This document shows, piece by piece, positions 10,219 through 19,866 of a stretch of 64,000 bases of DNA; the stretch's first letter is position 1; each line of letters starts with the position of its first letter. The stretch comes from Candidatus Anderseniibacteriota bacterium (GTDB lineage: Bacteria > Patescibacteriota > Andersenbacteria > UBA10190), in the NCBI GenBank assembly GCA_016197005.1, contig JACPWO010000002.1, forward strand, positions 8,483 through 72,482, given 5' to 3'. A model generated the notes under the pieces. The model was given only the letters and a program-made list of their open reading frames with translations, was not told where the DNA came from and made no database searches. A program made the position numbers and the translations under genes.

Positions 10219-10383
10219 ATGGAAGGGAAATGTTCAAAATGCGGCATGGACACAGAAGGGTTCAAGTGCGATGTATGTGGAGCTGAATCAACGACACACG
10301 ATGAGCACCATGAGCACGGCGGCGACCACTGTATGCCGAAATGCAAAGCCTGTGGGCAAGCGCAAGTGAAGTGTACGTGTTAG
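10219..10383 (+). CDS. Metallothionein-like Cys/His-rich peptide (54 aa)
   Basis: 9 Cys and 5 His; strong SD GAGGAGGTGAT upstream; terminator downstream. Confidence 0.75.
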   Translation: MEGKCSKCGMDTEGFKCDVCGAESTTHDEHHEHGGDHCMPKCKACGQAQVKCTC

Positions 10384-10400
10384 TAACTACTAATGGAGGC

Positions 10401-10432
10401 AAAAGAGCCGCATTTTCGAAAGTGGCTCTTTT
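10401..10432. terminator. Intrinsic terminator
   Basis: AAAAGAGCCGC...GTGGCTCTTTT hairpin. Confidence 0.7.
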
Positions 10433-10467
10433 CAATTCTGGCCATTTAGGCCATAAATAGTAGCAGT

Positions 10468-10560
10468 TTAGGTGCTGCTATGTTTAACCTTATCAGGAGA
10501 GTAAACGGGCCTTTTCATAAAGGGAATTTTGGTTCGAACTTTGTCCGTCCCTGAGAGCAA
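10468..10560 (-). repeat. att-like scar 1 (start-less tail LLSGTDKVRTKIPFMKRPVYSPDKVKHSST)
   Basis: Minus strand TTGCTCTCAGGGACGGACAAAGTTCGAACC; 10511-10560 matches 28711-28760 at 41/50 nt ungapped. Confidence 0.75.
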
Positions 10561-10733
10561 TCAATAAAATAAATCTGCCGCTGTGGGCGTAAGTCAGGAA
10601 TGTGAGATCGAAAAAAGTACTTGACCCCCTTATTCTCAAAGTAAAACTGCTGCACCTAGGCTGTTCTAAAGCGGCGGTTGCCAACACTTACTGCGCCGTC
10701 TATGCTGATCTGTTACTTTAAGCAAATACCCCC

Positions 10734-11705
10734 ATGACCAAAAAACTCATTATTAGCCTTGTTGTTCTGGTAGCTATTCTTGTTGCGGGCATAGGTGGGT
10801 GGCTATACGTTACTCGCAGTCCCGAATATTCACTTGTTCTGGCAGCACGGGCAGTCAAAAATCACGACTACCAAGGATTTAAACAATATGTAGACGTAGG
10901 TCAAATAGTAAGCGATCTGGTGAATGATGCGGTTGCAGAAATTCAGAAACAGGTTAACGAAGACACCGAGGGCGATCCTTGGGCGCAACTCGGTGCTAAT
11001 CTGGGCAGTGCCTTTATTGGCGCCTATACTCCGCAACTCAAGGAGCAATTCACCGATCAGATTCGGAAAGGAGTAGAGGAAGGAAATTTTGGTCGAGAAG
11101 GCACCGATGCCAGCAAGATTAGTTTTTTTGATTTTTGGACAAAGACAACTGTTGAGAAGGAAGGCAAAGTAGCCAAGATAACTACCCCAACCTTCAAACT
11201 ACAAAATGACCAACCGTTCAGTTTCAATATGCGTCAATCCAACGGTCGTTGGCAGGTGTTTTCTATTGATTTTGACGTATCCGATCTAGCGTCTAATGAT
11301 GCTCCGGCAGCAGCAGATACGACTCAACGTGTAGCCTTTGGCACAAGGACAGATATTGGTGAAGGGTGGTTTTTAACCGCAACACAACCAGAGGCCTATA
11401 CTCCCACTAACCAGTTCAGCCAGCCGCCGGAAGGCAAAAAATATGTTGCCGTCGAAATTACCTACGAAAACACGTCTACAACCAAAGACAGCTTTTCAAC
11501 TTCACGGCTGACGCTCAAAGACACCGAGGATCACGCATATACCTCTACTTTCTTTGATTCGAAAGAGCCAAGCCTATCATCGGGCGATCTTGAGCCCAGC
11601 GGAACGATAAAAGGATATGTCACCTACTCAATGCCCATCGAGCTCGATCCAAAGCAACTCGTATATTCAAGTTCTCACGCTACGGTCATTTTTGAGCAGC
11701 AGTAA
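10734..11705 (+). CDS. Membrane-anchored DUF2939-like + DUF4352 protein
   Basis: N-terminal TM, SPEYSL...FKQYVD; C-terminal Ig-like KYVAVEITYEN...LEPSGTIKGYVTY. Confidence 0.75.
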   Translation: MTKKLIISLVVLVAILVAGIGGWLYVTRSPEYSLVLAARAVKNHDYQGFKQYVDVGQIVSDLVNDAVAEIQKQVNEDTEGDPWAQLGANLGSAFIGAYTPQLKEQFTDQIRKGVEEGNFGREGTDASKISFFDFWTKTTVEKEGKVAKITTPTFKLQNDQPFSFNMRQSNGRWQVFSIDFDVSDLASNDAPAAADTTQRVAFGTRTDIGEGWFLTATQPEAYTPTNQFSQPPEGKKYVAVEITYENTSTTKDSFSTSRLTLKDTEDHAYTSTFFDSKEPSLSSGDLEPSGTIKGYVTYSMPIELDPKQLVYSSSHATVIFEQQ

Positions 11706-11724
11706 ATAGGGCCGGTGTTGATAA

Positions 11725-11836
11725 TACAGGCTGTAATAATTGTCGCATTTGTTTCAGCATAACCTCTGGTTGCGGATTTATCTCCTCCCAGTTCATGCTT
11801 AACCAATGTTCAAAAAACGTCTTTGATGGGGAGTAT
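11725..11836 (-). repeat. att-like scar 2 (degenerate)
   Basis: Minus strand ATACTCCCCATCAAAGACGTTTTTTGAACA = ILPIKDVF*T, followed out of frame by MNWEEINPQPEVMLKQMRQLL. Confidence 0.5.
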
Positions 11837-11896
11837 CTGAATTTGATCGTAGTGGTTGTTATTGACGTTGTAGTATCAGTCGTTTACATTAATTAG

Positions 11897-12187
11897 GTGA
11901 ACGAACTTAAAAAAATTGGTGACCTACCTCAAGCGCAGCAGAAAATTCTATTTACTGTTCTGCGGATTGGTAAGCCTGCGTTTCTAACATCTGAAGTTCA
12001 TAAAAAAGTTAGTGATGAAATGGCTGGACGCTCTGTGGGCGCCGTGTTGGGGTCGCTGTACCGAAATGGTTATCTAGATAAGGTGCAGGGAGGACGAGAT
12101 AAGCGCTGGGTGTTATCAAAACAAGCAGAAGCGGCACGTGATGATATTAAGCTACAGATTTCTAATGTTAAGATTTACTGGTCCTGA
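11897..12187 (+). CDS. Small winged-helix DNA-binding protein
   Basis: TSEVHKK...GRSVGAVLGSLYRNGYLDKV...KRWVLS wHTH pattern. Confidence 0.65.
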   Translation: MNELKKIGDLPQAQQKILFTVLRIGKPAFLTSEVHKKVSDEMAGRSVGAVLGSLYRNGYLDKVQGGRDKRWVLSKQAEAARDDIKLQISNVKIYWS

Positions 12188-12198
12188 TATGTACAAAT

Positions 12199-15100
12199 AT
12201 GTCGGAGAAGGAAAATAAGGCCAAAGAATCAAACTCAACAACCCCTTTCATAAAAGAGGTTGGTAAATACTTTATGGAATTTCTGGAGACAGACTTTCAT
12301 AAAAGAAGGCTGCCTCGTAGGAGTATTAAACTACATAACGATAAGGGATTACTTACTGGTCTCAATCTCAGTAAGTATCCAAGTTTTTATAAAGTTGCAT
12401 ATAAGCTTGTTAACAATGCCTTCACTGACGCCGAGTTAACAATCCAAAAGGGCGTATACAAGGCAGACATACCGGAGTCGCTGCTTGATCTCATCAAGAA
12501 GCAAATAAATAAAGTTACCAATACCGAAGTTACCGCTCTCATTAAGGAGCTTGATGATTCAATCCAACAATCGTCAGTCAAATATAAAGACGACTATTTG
12601 CAGGCATTTAATTCAGTCATGGAGAATGCTGGCTCGGTATTTGAAAAACACATCATCCTCAATTTAGTAAAGAGTATAGAAAAGCCACTTGAAAATAATA
12701 AACTCGCCGATGAGAATGCCATTTTCCAGATAGAGGATGAGCTGACGAACATCTTTACAAAGAAGGTTGAAGATGCCGTAGCCGAATCTCTCAAGATTCT
12801 CTTAAGCGGCGATAAACCAAATACAAAGAAACTTTTAAAGGATGTGCTGGATATAGAGGACATCCGTGCCAGTTTGGCCAAGTTCTTTGAAATGTTTAAG
12901 GTGTCGGATCTTTTCAATGATCTACATGAGCTTTACCAGAATTTTAAAATAGAAGATAAGCAGGAATTTTATTTCTACTTTTACGATATTAGTTACCAAA
13001 AAACTAAGTATCCCATCTTCTACATCCCATTCTCTATTGAAAGACAAAGCGATACGTTTCTAATTACCTTCGATTCGCAAATTTATATCAATAAGAAAGC
13101 ATTGGCATACATCGTTCAGGAATATAACCTTGAGCGAGGCAAAAAGGGAGCACTGCAAACAATAGCCGATAGAATTATTTACCTCGCCGATCATGAGGAT
13201 GACTTGCCGTTGGTGTTACAAGACACACTGACAGAGATTTCAAACTTCTTTGACTTAGACACAAAACCTCAAGTGGCAAAACCAGACATACAATTGAGCA
13301 AGAGCCTGTATGTTACGGCGAGCACCAATGCATATATTGCCCTTTTCGATAAGTCAGACGAGGCACTATTAAATGATTATGAGGACATTCTTAATGCCGC
13401 CGCCGACAGTGTTTTAATGAAAGGCTTTCAGGTTTTGATAAATGATTTTATACACGAAAATCCTGAGTCTGTGGCAAAGCCCATCAGGGATGATTGGGAT
13501 AGTAAGGGAGTTGATGAGCGATTGGTATATAAAAGTCCCATCCCTCTCAACAGCGAGCAACAACAGATACTTTCTGCTATTCATAATGACAGGTGCAAAT
13601 ATGTGCTCGTTGAAGGTCCTCCGGGAACGGGGAAAAGCCACACAATCACTGCAATTGTTTTTGACACGATTCTGGAGAACAAATCGGTTCTCGTGCTATC
13701 GGATAAGAAGGAAGCGCTTGATGTAGTTGAGAAAAATATTGTGAACACTCTGAATAAGGTTCGCGTTGACGAGAAATTTCAGAATCCCATTTTGCGGTTA
13801 GGAAAAACTGGTAATACCTACAGTCAACTTCTTACTCAGTCATCTATTGAAGCTATTACACAGCAGTTCAGAGCCGTCAGAAGTAAATATCCTAATCTCA
13901 ATGAGCAGATAGATGTTGCGATAGAAGCATTGAGGAATGGTGTGAAGGGTCAGACTGATGCGTATCATCATATCTCGCTTGCCGATGTTAATGAACTGTC
14001 TTCATTGAAGAAGCACTTCGATGAAGCAGGTTTTTGTATCGACGTTGATGAAGCTATAAGCAACCCCGATTCTGTAGAGGAGCTTACAAAAATACGCTCT
14101 ATCTTCTTGAAGCTTAAAAATAGGATAAAAGAAAACAGAGACGTATCGTTTAACTTTGATTACACCAAAGAGCTGGGTGATGAGAATTCCAAGAACCTTG
14201 AAGAGATTATTTCTGCGTTGGAAGATATAGCGCGACTGGCAGAGGAAAGCCCGCGCCTCTTTAGTGAAAGTAAATTATCGTCTCTTTACGATCACGTTCA
14301 GAAGAACAAAGTAAAAGTAGAGAAATTGCTTGGTTATCTTGCAAGTGTGTCTGAGCTCACGAATTTATTCACTAAAAAGAAGCAGTATTTAGACTTACTT
14401 CACGTCGACAAGAATGAGCTTGATAGTTTAGCCACTATTAAAACAGTAGCGCAGCACGCTTTGTGGCTAGAAGGCATCGTCGAAAAGGTGAAATATTTTG
14501 CGAAAGATTCTCTTAGTCGTTTGAGTTCTTTTGATAAGTCGCATAGTGATGACGTTGTTGCTCTGAAGAATTATATTGACTCAGCAAAAAAGTTGCGGAA
14601 CGGATTGCTTGGCTACTTGGGGAAGAAAAGCAAGGTCGAGCAATTGAATCAGAGCTTCCGCAAGAATTTCCCTCTTTCTAAATTCGATGACCCGCATAAA
14701 CATCTAAAAGAATTAGAGGAAATTCTAGGTATCTATGAATACGTACAAGAACTTTGCGACGATAAATATCATCCGCAGGATATTGATCTGATACACTTAG
14801 TCACTTCGATTCTAAAGGATGGTGAACTGTATTTTACATCCGATCAGCTAACTGATATTCGCAATTCGTTTGATGTTACAAACAAAGTTGATGTAATCGC
14901 TCAAGAGATTTCTAGTTCTAAGTTTTCTGTTATGACGCTTCACGACCTGAATGATATTGCGGTCATTTCTGAAATTGGAGCGCTCTATGAAGAGTTGAGC
15001 GACCTTATGACTAAGGAAAAAGAGCTAATTGAATCGAATGTTGATCTAAAGAAGATCAAGAACATCAATATGCTTTTTCAAAAAGACAATCTTAAAGAAA

Positions 15101-16977
15101 TGATTGGAGAGATCAGTGTCTGCAAAGAATACGTAGATACACTCATTGAGGTTAATGATGATGTCGTTTATTTAAAGGAATCTTCTGACAATCACAAAAA
15201 TAGTTTTGCAAAGGCGGGCATCGACAATAGCTCTTTCTCTTCGTTATACGAAAACAAATTAACTGAGATATCGGATCTTGAATTTGAAAAGCTCGTCAGA
15301 TTTATCACTCTGCATCAAGAGCTGACAGAAAAATTTGATGATATTAAGGATCTCAGCTACGGAGAGCGAATGAAGCAAGTCGAGAATATTGTAACGATGC
15401 AAATGACATATCTGATGGATGAGAGATTCGTTGACTTCACCAATGACTTTAAAGCTGACGCAAAAGCATTAAAGCAGGTAATCAAGGAAAAGAAGAAGTT
15501 TCCTAAAGATCAATTCTCAAAACTCAAGAATGCATTCCCGTGTATTTTAGCCGGTATCCGTGACTATGCAGAATATATTCCCTTGGAGCCAGAGATATTT
15601 GACCTTGTCATCATCGATGAGGCATCTCAGGTAAGTATTGCGCAAGCATTCCCAGCTCTATTGAGAGCAAAGAAGGTTGTTGTGCTTGGGGATAGCCTGC
15701 AATTTAGTAACGTGAAGTCTGCTTTGGCGCGAGGCGACATTAACAAGCAGTATTTGGGTAGTCTGCGGGAAGTTTTCTTAAAAACAGTTGCTACCGAGGA
15801 AGAGACAGACAAGGTAGCCCGCCTTGAAAAATTCAATATCAAAGTTTCAATTCTCGATTTCTTCGGCTTCATTAATAATTACCAGACTCGTTTAGTTAAG
15901 CATTTCCGTGGATACCGGGAGCTTATTTCGTATTCAAATAAGTTCTTTTACAAAAACAGCCTACAGGTTATGAAAGTTCGAGGTTTGCCGATCAGTTCGG
16001 TCATTAAATTCTCTCAAGTAGACCATGACGGTAAGGAAGAAATGACTAAAAACACAAACGTGCCTGAGATAGAGTTCATTATCTCCGAGCTTAAAGCTTT
16101 AAAGGATCAAGACAAAAAATGCACCGTCGGTATCATTACCCCTCATACAAATCAGCAACGTCTACTTTATGAGAAGATTAGTGATCTGCCTGAATCTGAT
16201 TATTTCTTCGATGCGTTGAAGCTTAAGGTGATGACCTTCGACACATGTCAGGGTGAAGAAATGGATATTATTTATTATTCCATGGTGGCTACCGAAACGG
16301 AAGATAAATTAAACTATGTGTTCATTAGTGATCTCAATAATATCGATCTAGACGATGACGAAGGAAAAATTAAGGCACAACGTCTTAACGTCGGTTTAAG
16401 CCGAGCGAAGGAATGTATGCACTTTGTACTTAGCAAGCCAATTGATCAGTACGCGGGTACTGCAAAAGAATTTCTGCAGCACTACTCAAATGCTCTGCTT
16501 GAGGCTCAAAAAGAACCTGATAGTACTAGCGTAGATAAGAATTCCGAGATGGAGCCGCTGGTTCTGGAATGGATCAAACAGACGAAGTTTTGGGATGAGA
16601 ACAAAAATAATGCTGAAATATTGCCTCAGTTTGAACTTGGTAAATATCTCAAGCAGTTGGATCAGAGCTATAATCATCCTAACTATCGAGTGGATTTCCT
16701 TCTCGTATATCGCGACGAAGAAGGAAGTGAGCATAAAATCATTATTGAATATGATGGCTTCCTAGAACATTTTGGTGATGTGATGCATGTAGTCAATGAG
16801 TCAAATTACGAAGAATACTATTCATCAGAGGATGTATATCGACAGCACGTTCTAGAAGGTTATGGTTACCGATTCATTAGGATCAATAAGTTTAATCTTG
16901 GCGAGAACCCCATCGCCACGCTTGATTCTCGAATTCAGGAAATAGTAAAAAAAAACTTTACAATCACGAAATCGTAA
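12199..16977 (+). CDS. SF1 (DNA2/NAM7/Upf1-like) helicase with long helical insert and C-terminal Vsr/DUF559-like nuclease
   Basis: GPPGTGKS, IIDEASQ, GDSLQ, CQGEE, RLNVGLSRAK; C-terminal YRVDF...IEYDG...H...RQ..LE..GY.FIRI. Confidence 0.9.
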   Translation: MSEKENKAKESNSTTPFIKEVGKYFMEFLETDFHKRRLPRRSIKLHNDKGLLTGLNLSKYPSFYKVAYKLVNNAFTDAELTIQKGVYKADIPESLLDLIKKQINKVTNTEVTALIKELDDSIQQSSVKYKDDYLQAFNSVMENAGSVFEKHIILNLVKSIEKPLENNKLADENAIFQIEDELTNIFTKKVEDAVAESLKILLSGDKPNTKKLLKDVLDIEDIRASLAKFFEMFKVSDLFNDLHELYQNFKIEDKQEFYFYFYDISYQKTKYPIFYIPFSIERQSDTFLITFDSQIYINKKALAYIVQEYNLERGKKGALQTIADRIIYLADHEDDLPLVLQDTLTEISNFFDLDTKPQVAKPDIQLSKSLYVTASTNAYIALFDKSDEALLNDYEDILNAAADSVLMKGFQVLINDFIHENPESVAKPIRDDWDSKGVDERLVYKSPIPLNSEQQQILSAIHNDRCKYVLVEGPPGTGKSHTITAIVFDTILENKSVLVLSDKKEALDVVEKNIVNTLNKVRVDEKFQNPILRLGKTGNTYSQLLTQSSIEAITQQFRAVRSKYPNLNEQIDVAIEALRNGVKGQTDAYHHISLADVNELSSLKKHFDEAGFCIDVDEAISNPDSVEELTKIRSIFLKLKNRIKENRDVSFNFDYTKELGDENSKNLEEIISALEDIARLAEESPRLFSESKLSSLYDHVQKNKVKVEKLLGYLASVSELTNLFTKKKQYLDLLHVDKNELDSLATIKTVAQHALWLEGIVEKVKYFAKDSLSRLSSFDKSHSDDVVALKNYIDSAKKLRNGLLGYLGKKSKVEQLNQSFRKNFPLSKFDDPHKHLKELEEILGIYEYVQELCDDKYHPQDIDLIHLVTSILKDGELYFTSDQLTDIRNSFDVTNKVDVIAQEISSSKFSVMTLHDLNDIAVISEIGALYEELSDLMTKEKELIESNVDLKKIKNINMLFQKDNLKEMIGEISVCKEYVDTLIEVNDDVVYLKESSDNHKNSFAKAGIDNSSFSSLYENKLTEISDLEFEKLVRFITLHQELTEKFDDIKDLSYGERMKQVENIVTMQMTYLMDERFVDFTNDFKADAKALKQVIKEKKKFPKDQFSKLKNAFPCILAGIRDYAEYIPLEPEIFDLVIIDEASQVSIAQAFPALLRAKKVVVLGDSLQFSNVKSALARGDINKQYLGSLREVFLKTVATEEETDKVARLEKFNIKVSILDFFGFINNYQTRLVKHFRGYRELISYSNKFFYKNSLQVMKVRGLPISSVIKFSQVDHDGKEEMTKNTNVPEIEFIISELKALKDQDKKCTVGIITPHTNQQRLLYEKISDLPESDYFFDALKLKVMTFDTCQGEEMDIIYYSMVATETEDKLNYVFISDLNNIDLDDDEGKIKAQRLNVGLSRAKECMHFVLSKPIDQYAGTAKEFLQHYSNALLEAQKEPDSTSVDKNSEMEPLVLEWIKQTKFWDENKNNAEILPQFELGKYLKQLDQSYNHPNYRVDFLLVYRDEEGSEHKIIIEYDGFLEHFGDVMHVVNESNYEEYYSSEDVYRQHVLEGYGYRFIRINKFNLGENPIATLDSRIQEIVKKNFTITKS

Positions 16978-17681
16978 GTGACGTTCAAGATTTAATTCGT
17001 GATCTTCGTAGTGGTAATGCAAAAGTATGCCCCAAATGTGGTGAAGTGAAGCCGCTATCTGATTTTCAGGATAGATCATTGGCTACAGGGGTTGGTAGGT
17101 TTTGTCGTGAGTGCAAAGTAGGATTGAGCGCTCATTACTACATTTCACCAAGCACTGAGAGACAGCAGAGGAATATTTATAGTCTCTCAAAGGGCGATGT
17201 GAATAAGCTGCATAGTTTTTCTGATACCCCGGAAAAATATGCGAGTGGAGGCAGCAAGGCACGAGAGAAAGTTCAATACCTAGAGAGTATTAAACATAAG
17301 TTTGATGGGTTACAGGTTGCCAAATACATAGCGGCTCGTAAAAAGTATGACGAAGCACTTGTGGCAAAAGCAGAGACCGAACTGAATCAGGATGTAGATT
17401 ATAGCGCCATCTTAAATGAGGCATTTAATAATCGCAGATCAGTCAAGATTCGCTATAAAGGATCATGGCGCACTGTTGATCCCTACTCTCTTAACAATAC
17501 TTATGTGGTTGCTTACTGCCATCTCGCTCGTGATATCCGAACATTTAGAGTAGACAGAATACAAGGAGCGGATTTGTCCGATTCATTTAGCTTAAATAGC
17601 AACTTGCAGGAAATGGCACAAAGTAGATTGGCTGAAGCTCCTAGCTTTCGAGGCTATAAGCGTCGGCGGCGCAGGTATTAA
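16926..17681 (+). CDS. Zn-ribbon + WYL domain module, probably reached by frameshift
   Basis: CPKC...CREC, then VKIRYKGSWRTVDPY...VVAYCHLARDIRTFRVDRI; the GTG start at 17046 would omit CPKC. Confidence 0.8.
   Translation, partial: FSNSGNSKKKLYNHEIVSDVQDLIRDLRSGNAKVCPKCGEVKPLSDFQDRSLATGVGRFCRECKVGLSAHYYISPSTERQQRNIYSLSKGDVNKLHSFSDTPEKYASGGSKAREKVQYLESIKHKFDGLQVAKYIAARKKYDEALVAKAETELNQDVDYSAILNEAFNNRRSVKIRYKGSWRTVDPYSLNNTYVVAYCHLARDIRTFRVDRIQGADLSDSFSLNSNLQEMAQSRLAEAPSFRGYKRRRRRY
16947..16956 (+). other. A9C slippery site, candidate -1 frameshift or transcriptional slippage
   Basis: GTA AAA AAA AAC in helicase frame; -1 frame open 16926-17681. Confidence 0.6.
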
Positions 17682-17696
17682 ACTTAAGATTAATAT

Positions 17697-18449
17697 ATGT
17701 CCGAATACTACAATCCAAACCGTGGGCCGAAGTGGAATTACGGGGGAGATCAATGGAAGCTATCGCGCTCTAAGATCGACTTGTTTTTAGAATGCCCTCG
17801 TTGCTTCTACATCGATAACAAGCTTGGCGTAAAGCGGGTACCCGGCTTTCCTTTTGCGTTAAATAGCGCTGTGGATCATTTGCTGAAGCTGGAGTTTGAT
17901 ATTCATCGCGCCAATGGCGAGCAGCATCCACTACAAAAAGAATATGGCGTTGATGCCCGACCAGTGCCCCATGAAGAGCTTGATGAATGGAGACGCAACT
18001 TCGGTGGGGTACGTCATCTGCATGAAGCAACGGGCATGTTAGTCACCGGTGCCATTGACGATCTATGGATCAACAGTAATGACGAATACATTGTGGTGGA
18101 CTACAAGGCGACAGCAAAGGAGGAGGCCGTAACGAAACTAGATAAAGAATGGCAGGATGGGTATAAGCGGCAGATGGAAGTGTATCAGTGGTTGCTTCGT
18201 CAAAATGGCCTCAAAGTATCGGATACCGGCTATTTTGTATACTGCACCGGAAAGTTAGACGGCAAGTCATTTGATAAACGTATCGATTTTGATGTTCATC
18301 TAATCCCTTATGAAGGCAATAGTGAGTGGGTAGAAGGAACGTTGCTCAAGATAAAGGGATGTTTAGATGGTGACGCGATTCCGAAGACCGGCAAGAGTTG
18401 CGATTACTGTGCGTATTGGAATGCACGACGGTTGATTGAGTCGACATAA
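17697..18449 (+). CDS. PD-(D/E)XK nuclease (Cas4/AddB-like)
   Basis: LSRSKI...CPRCFY, GAIDD, VVDYKAT, QMEVY, terminal CDYC. Confidence 0.9.
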   Translation: MSEYYNPNRGPKWNYGGDQWKLSRSKIDLFLECPRCFYIDNKLGVKRVPGFPFALNSAVDHLLKLEFDIHRANGEQHPLQKEYGVDARPVPHEELDEWRRNFGGVRHLHEATGMLVTGAIDDLWINSNDEYIVVDYKATAKEEAVTKLDKEWQDGYKRQMEVYQWLLRQNGLKVSDTGYFVYCTGKLDGKSFDKRIDFDVHLIPYEGNSEWVEGTLLKIKGCLDGDAIPKTGKSCDYCAYWNARRLIEST

Positions 18450-18584
18450 TCTTGCTATGCTCGGAAAATTAAATGCCGAAATAACTTTTCACTTTTAGGA
18501 CACGTCTAAAGATAAGGATGGATTAAGGTGGGCGTGTATTGGCAAATAATTGAGTGTTTTATTCAGCTCCTCTACCGTTACTAG

Positions 18585-19211
18585 ATGGACGAGCTTGACC
18601 TTATAGTCTGGATCTTGTGGGCGCTTCGGATATTTTTCATATACGTTGGAGCGATACTTGTGGCCGTACTCTATCTTGATCGCTCGGGAGAATTCATAAC
18701 CGATGACCGCGGACTGTTTGTTATTGCTGTGGTCGTTGCCTTTATTTTTGCATTTTGGGCATGGCTCGGAAGCGGGGATCAACCTGAAGATGAGCAACCC
18801 GAGCAACATGCTCCGACTACCACACATATACAACCCATAGAGATATCAACCACAAGCCGCCCAATCCTTGCTGACAATGATGAAGAATATAGAAAGAAGG
18901 AGCGAGGACTACAAATACAAGCAACATTCTATCTCTTATCGCAACTCGTTGCGCTTGCTGCTGTCCTTGTAACGGTACTCATAATGGGGCTGCGAGCAGA
19001 AACGATATTGGTCGGAACCTTAAGTGCGGTGTTTATTATGATGCCCTATGCCTGGTGGGAGAGCCGGCAGCTGAAGCGTTCATTTTCTCAGAGGGGGCTT
19101 CGGGCTGAGCTGCGAGTTGTAACTATTGGAAAATACCTTGTCTTAGTGTGTGTTCTTCTCTTCCTCGCATACTATGCAGCTCTCGCCTTTGAGTTAGACG
19201 TAGGATTCTAG
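18585..19211 (+). CDS. Hypothetical multi-TM membrane protein
   Basis: About five hydrophobic segments. Confidence 0.6.
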   Translation: MDELDLIVWILWALRIFFIYVGAILVAVLYLDRSGEFITDDRGLFVIAVVVAFIFAFWAWLGSGDQPEDEQPEQHAPTTTHIQPIEISTTSRPILADNDEEYRKKERGLQIQATFYLLSQLVALAAVLVTVLIMGLRAETILVGTLSAVFIMMPYAWWESRQLKRSFSQRGLRAELRVVTIGKYLVLVCVLLFLAYYAALAFELDVGF

Positions 19212-19244
19212 AAGTACGCTTTTTAGAATAGTTGCCCTGATCCA

Positions 19245-19616
19245 TTGGGAGTATATGCTAATAATGTGATCTCCCAATATCTCCTCAGGGTAGCCGAGCA
19301 ACAAAACGACCGCGTGATTGATTTTACCAATAATACAAGCGATTTCGTTGAAGTCGTATTTGATGTCGATGGTAAGGAAGTAAAAGGATATTGTTATCCA
19401 CCGCGACATCATAAGCCGGTGCGCAGAATGAGGACAGGAGAGCCACTTCCTCTTGGAAAGCACGGAGTTGTGACAGCGTACGTGTATCCCGGAGAGGCAG
19501 ACCTTGACGAAAGGGACTTAGACATTCCGCCGTTTCTGCGTTGGCGTCTTAAGAAAAAAGTCCGATTTCATCGAACATCACAAAGTCCTGCTGTTGTTCT
19601 TACGGCAGCATATTAA
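19245..19616 (+). CDS. Hypothetical protein (start uncertain)
   Basis: 123 aa ORF, protein-like composition. Confidence 0.5.
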   Translation: MGVYANNVISQYLLRVAEQQNDRVIDFTNNTSDFVEVVFDVDGKEVKGYCYPPRHHKPVRRMRTGEPLPLGKHGVVTAYVYPGEADLDERDLDIPPFLRWRLKKKVRFHRTSQSPAVVLTAAY

Positions 19617-19690
19617 AAGTACAAGAAAGCGATACTGGATTTTAAATGAGTTCTTAAAGAGCAAAAATCCCAACACTTGTAGCTCTTGTC

Positions 19691-19737
19691 TCATTCTGCC
19701 CAATTAATGTGTCTAAACGTATTTATAATGGGAGCAA
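19691..19737 (-). repeat. att-like scar 3
   Basis: Minus strand TTGCTCCC-ATTATAAATACGTTTAGACACATTAATTGG = LL(P)IINTFRHINW with a 1-nt deletion. Confidence 0.6.
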
Positions 19738-19866
19738 GTCTTAGTTCTAGCCAACCGATCTCTGCCCAAAGTTGGGCATCAAGATGATTACCCTCTTTAA
19801 GTTCATTGCTTTTAAATATTGAATAATAATTGCAGAAGAGAGTGATATGTGTAAGGTTGAAATGAT

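Noticed and set aside
10521-10560. GGTTCGAA as part of a tRNA gene (also at 28731)
   Set aside because: No T-stem pairing or cloverleaf, and the distance to the 3' end is 5 nt too long; treated as an att-like scar.
17697-18449. cas4 of a CRISPR-Cas locus
   Set aside because: No cas1/cas2 and no repeat-spacer array in the window.
19212-19254. Additional scar at GGGAGTAT
   Set aside because: Core resembles scar 2 but spacing to any VRT-like element does not fit.
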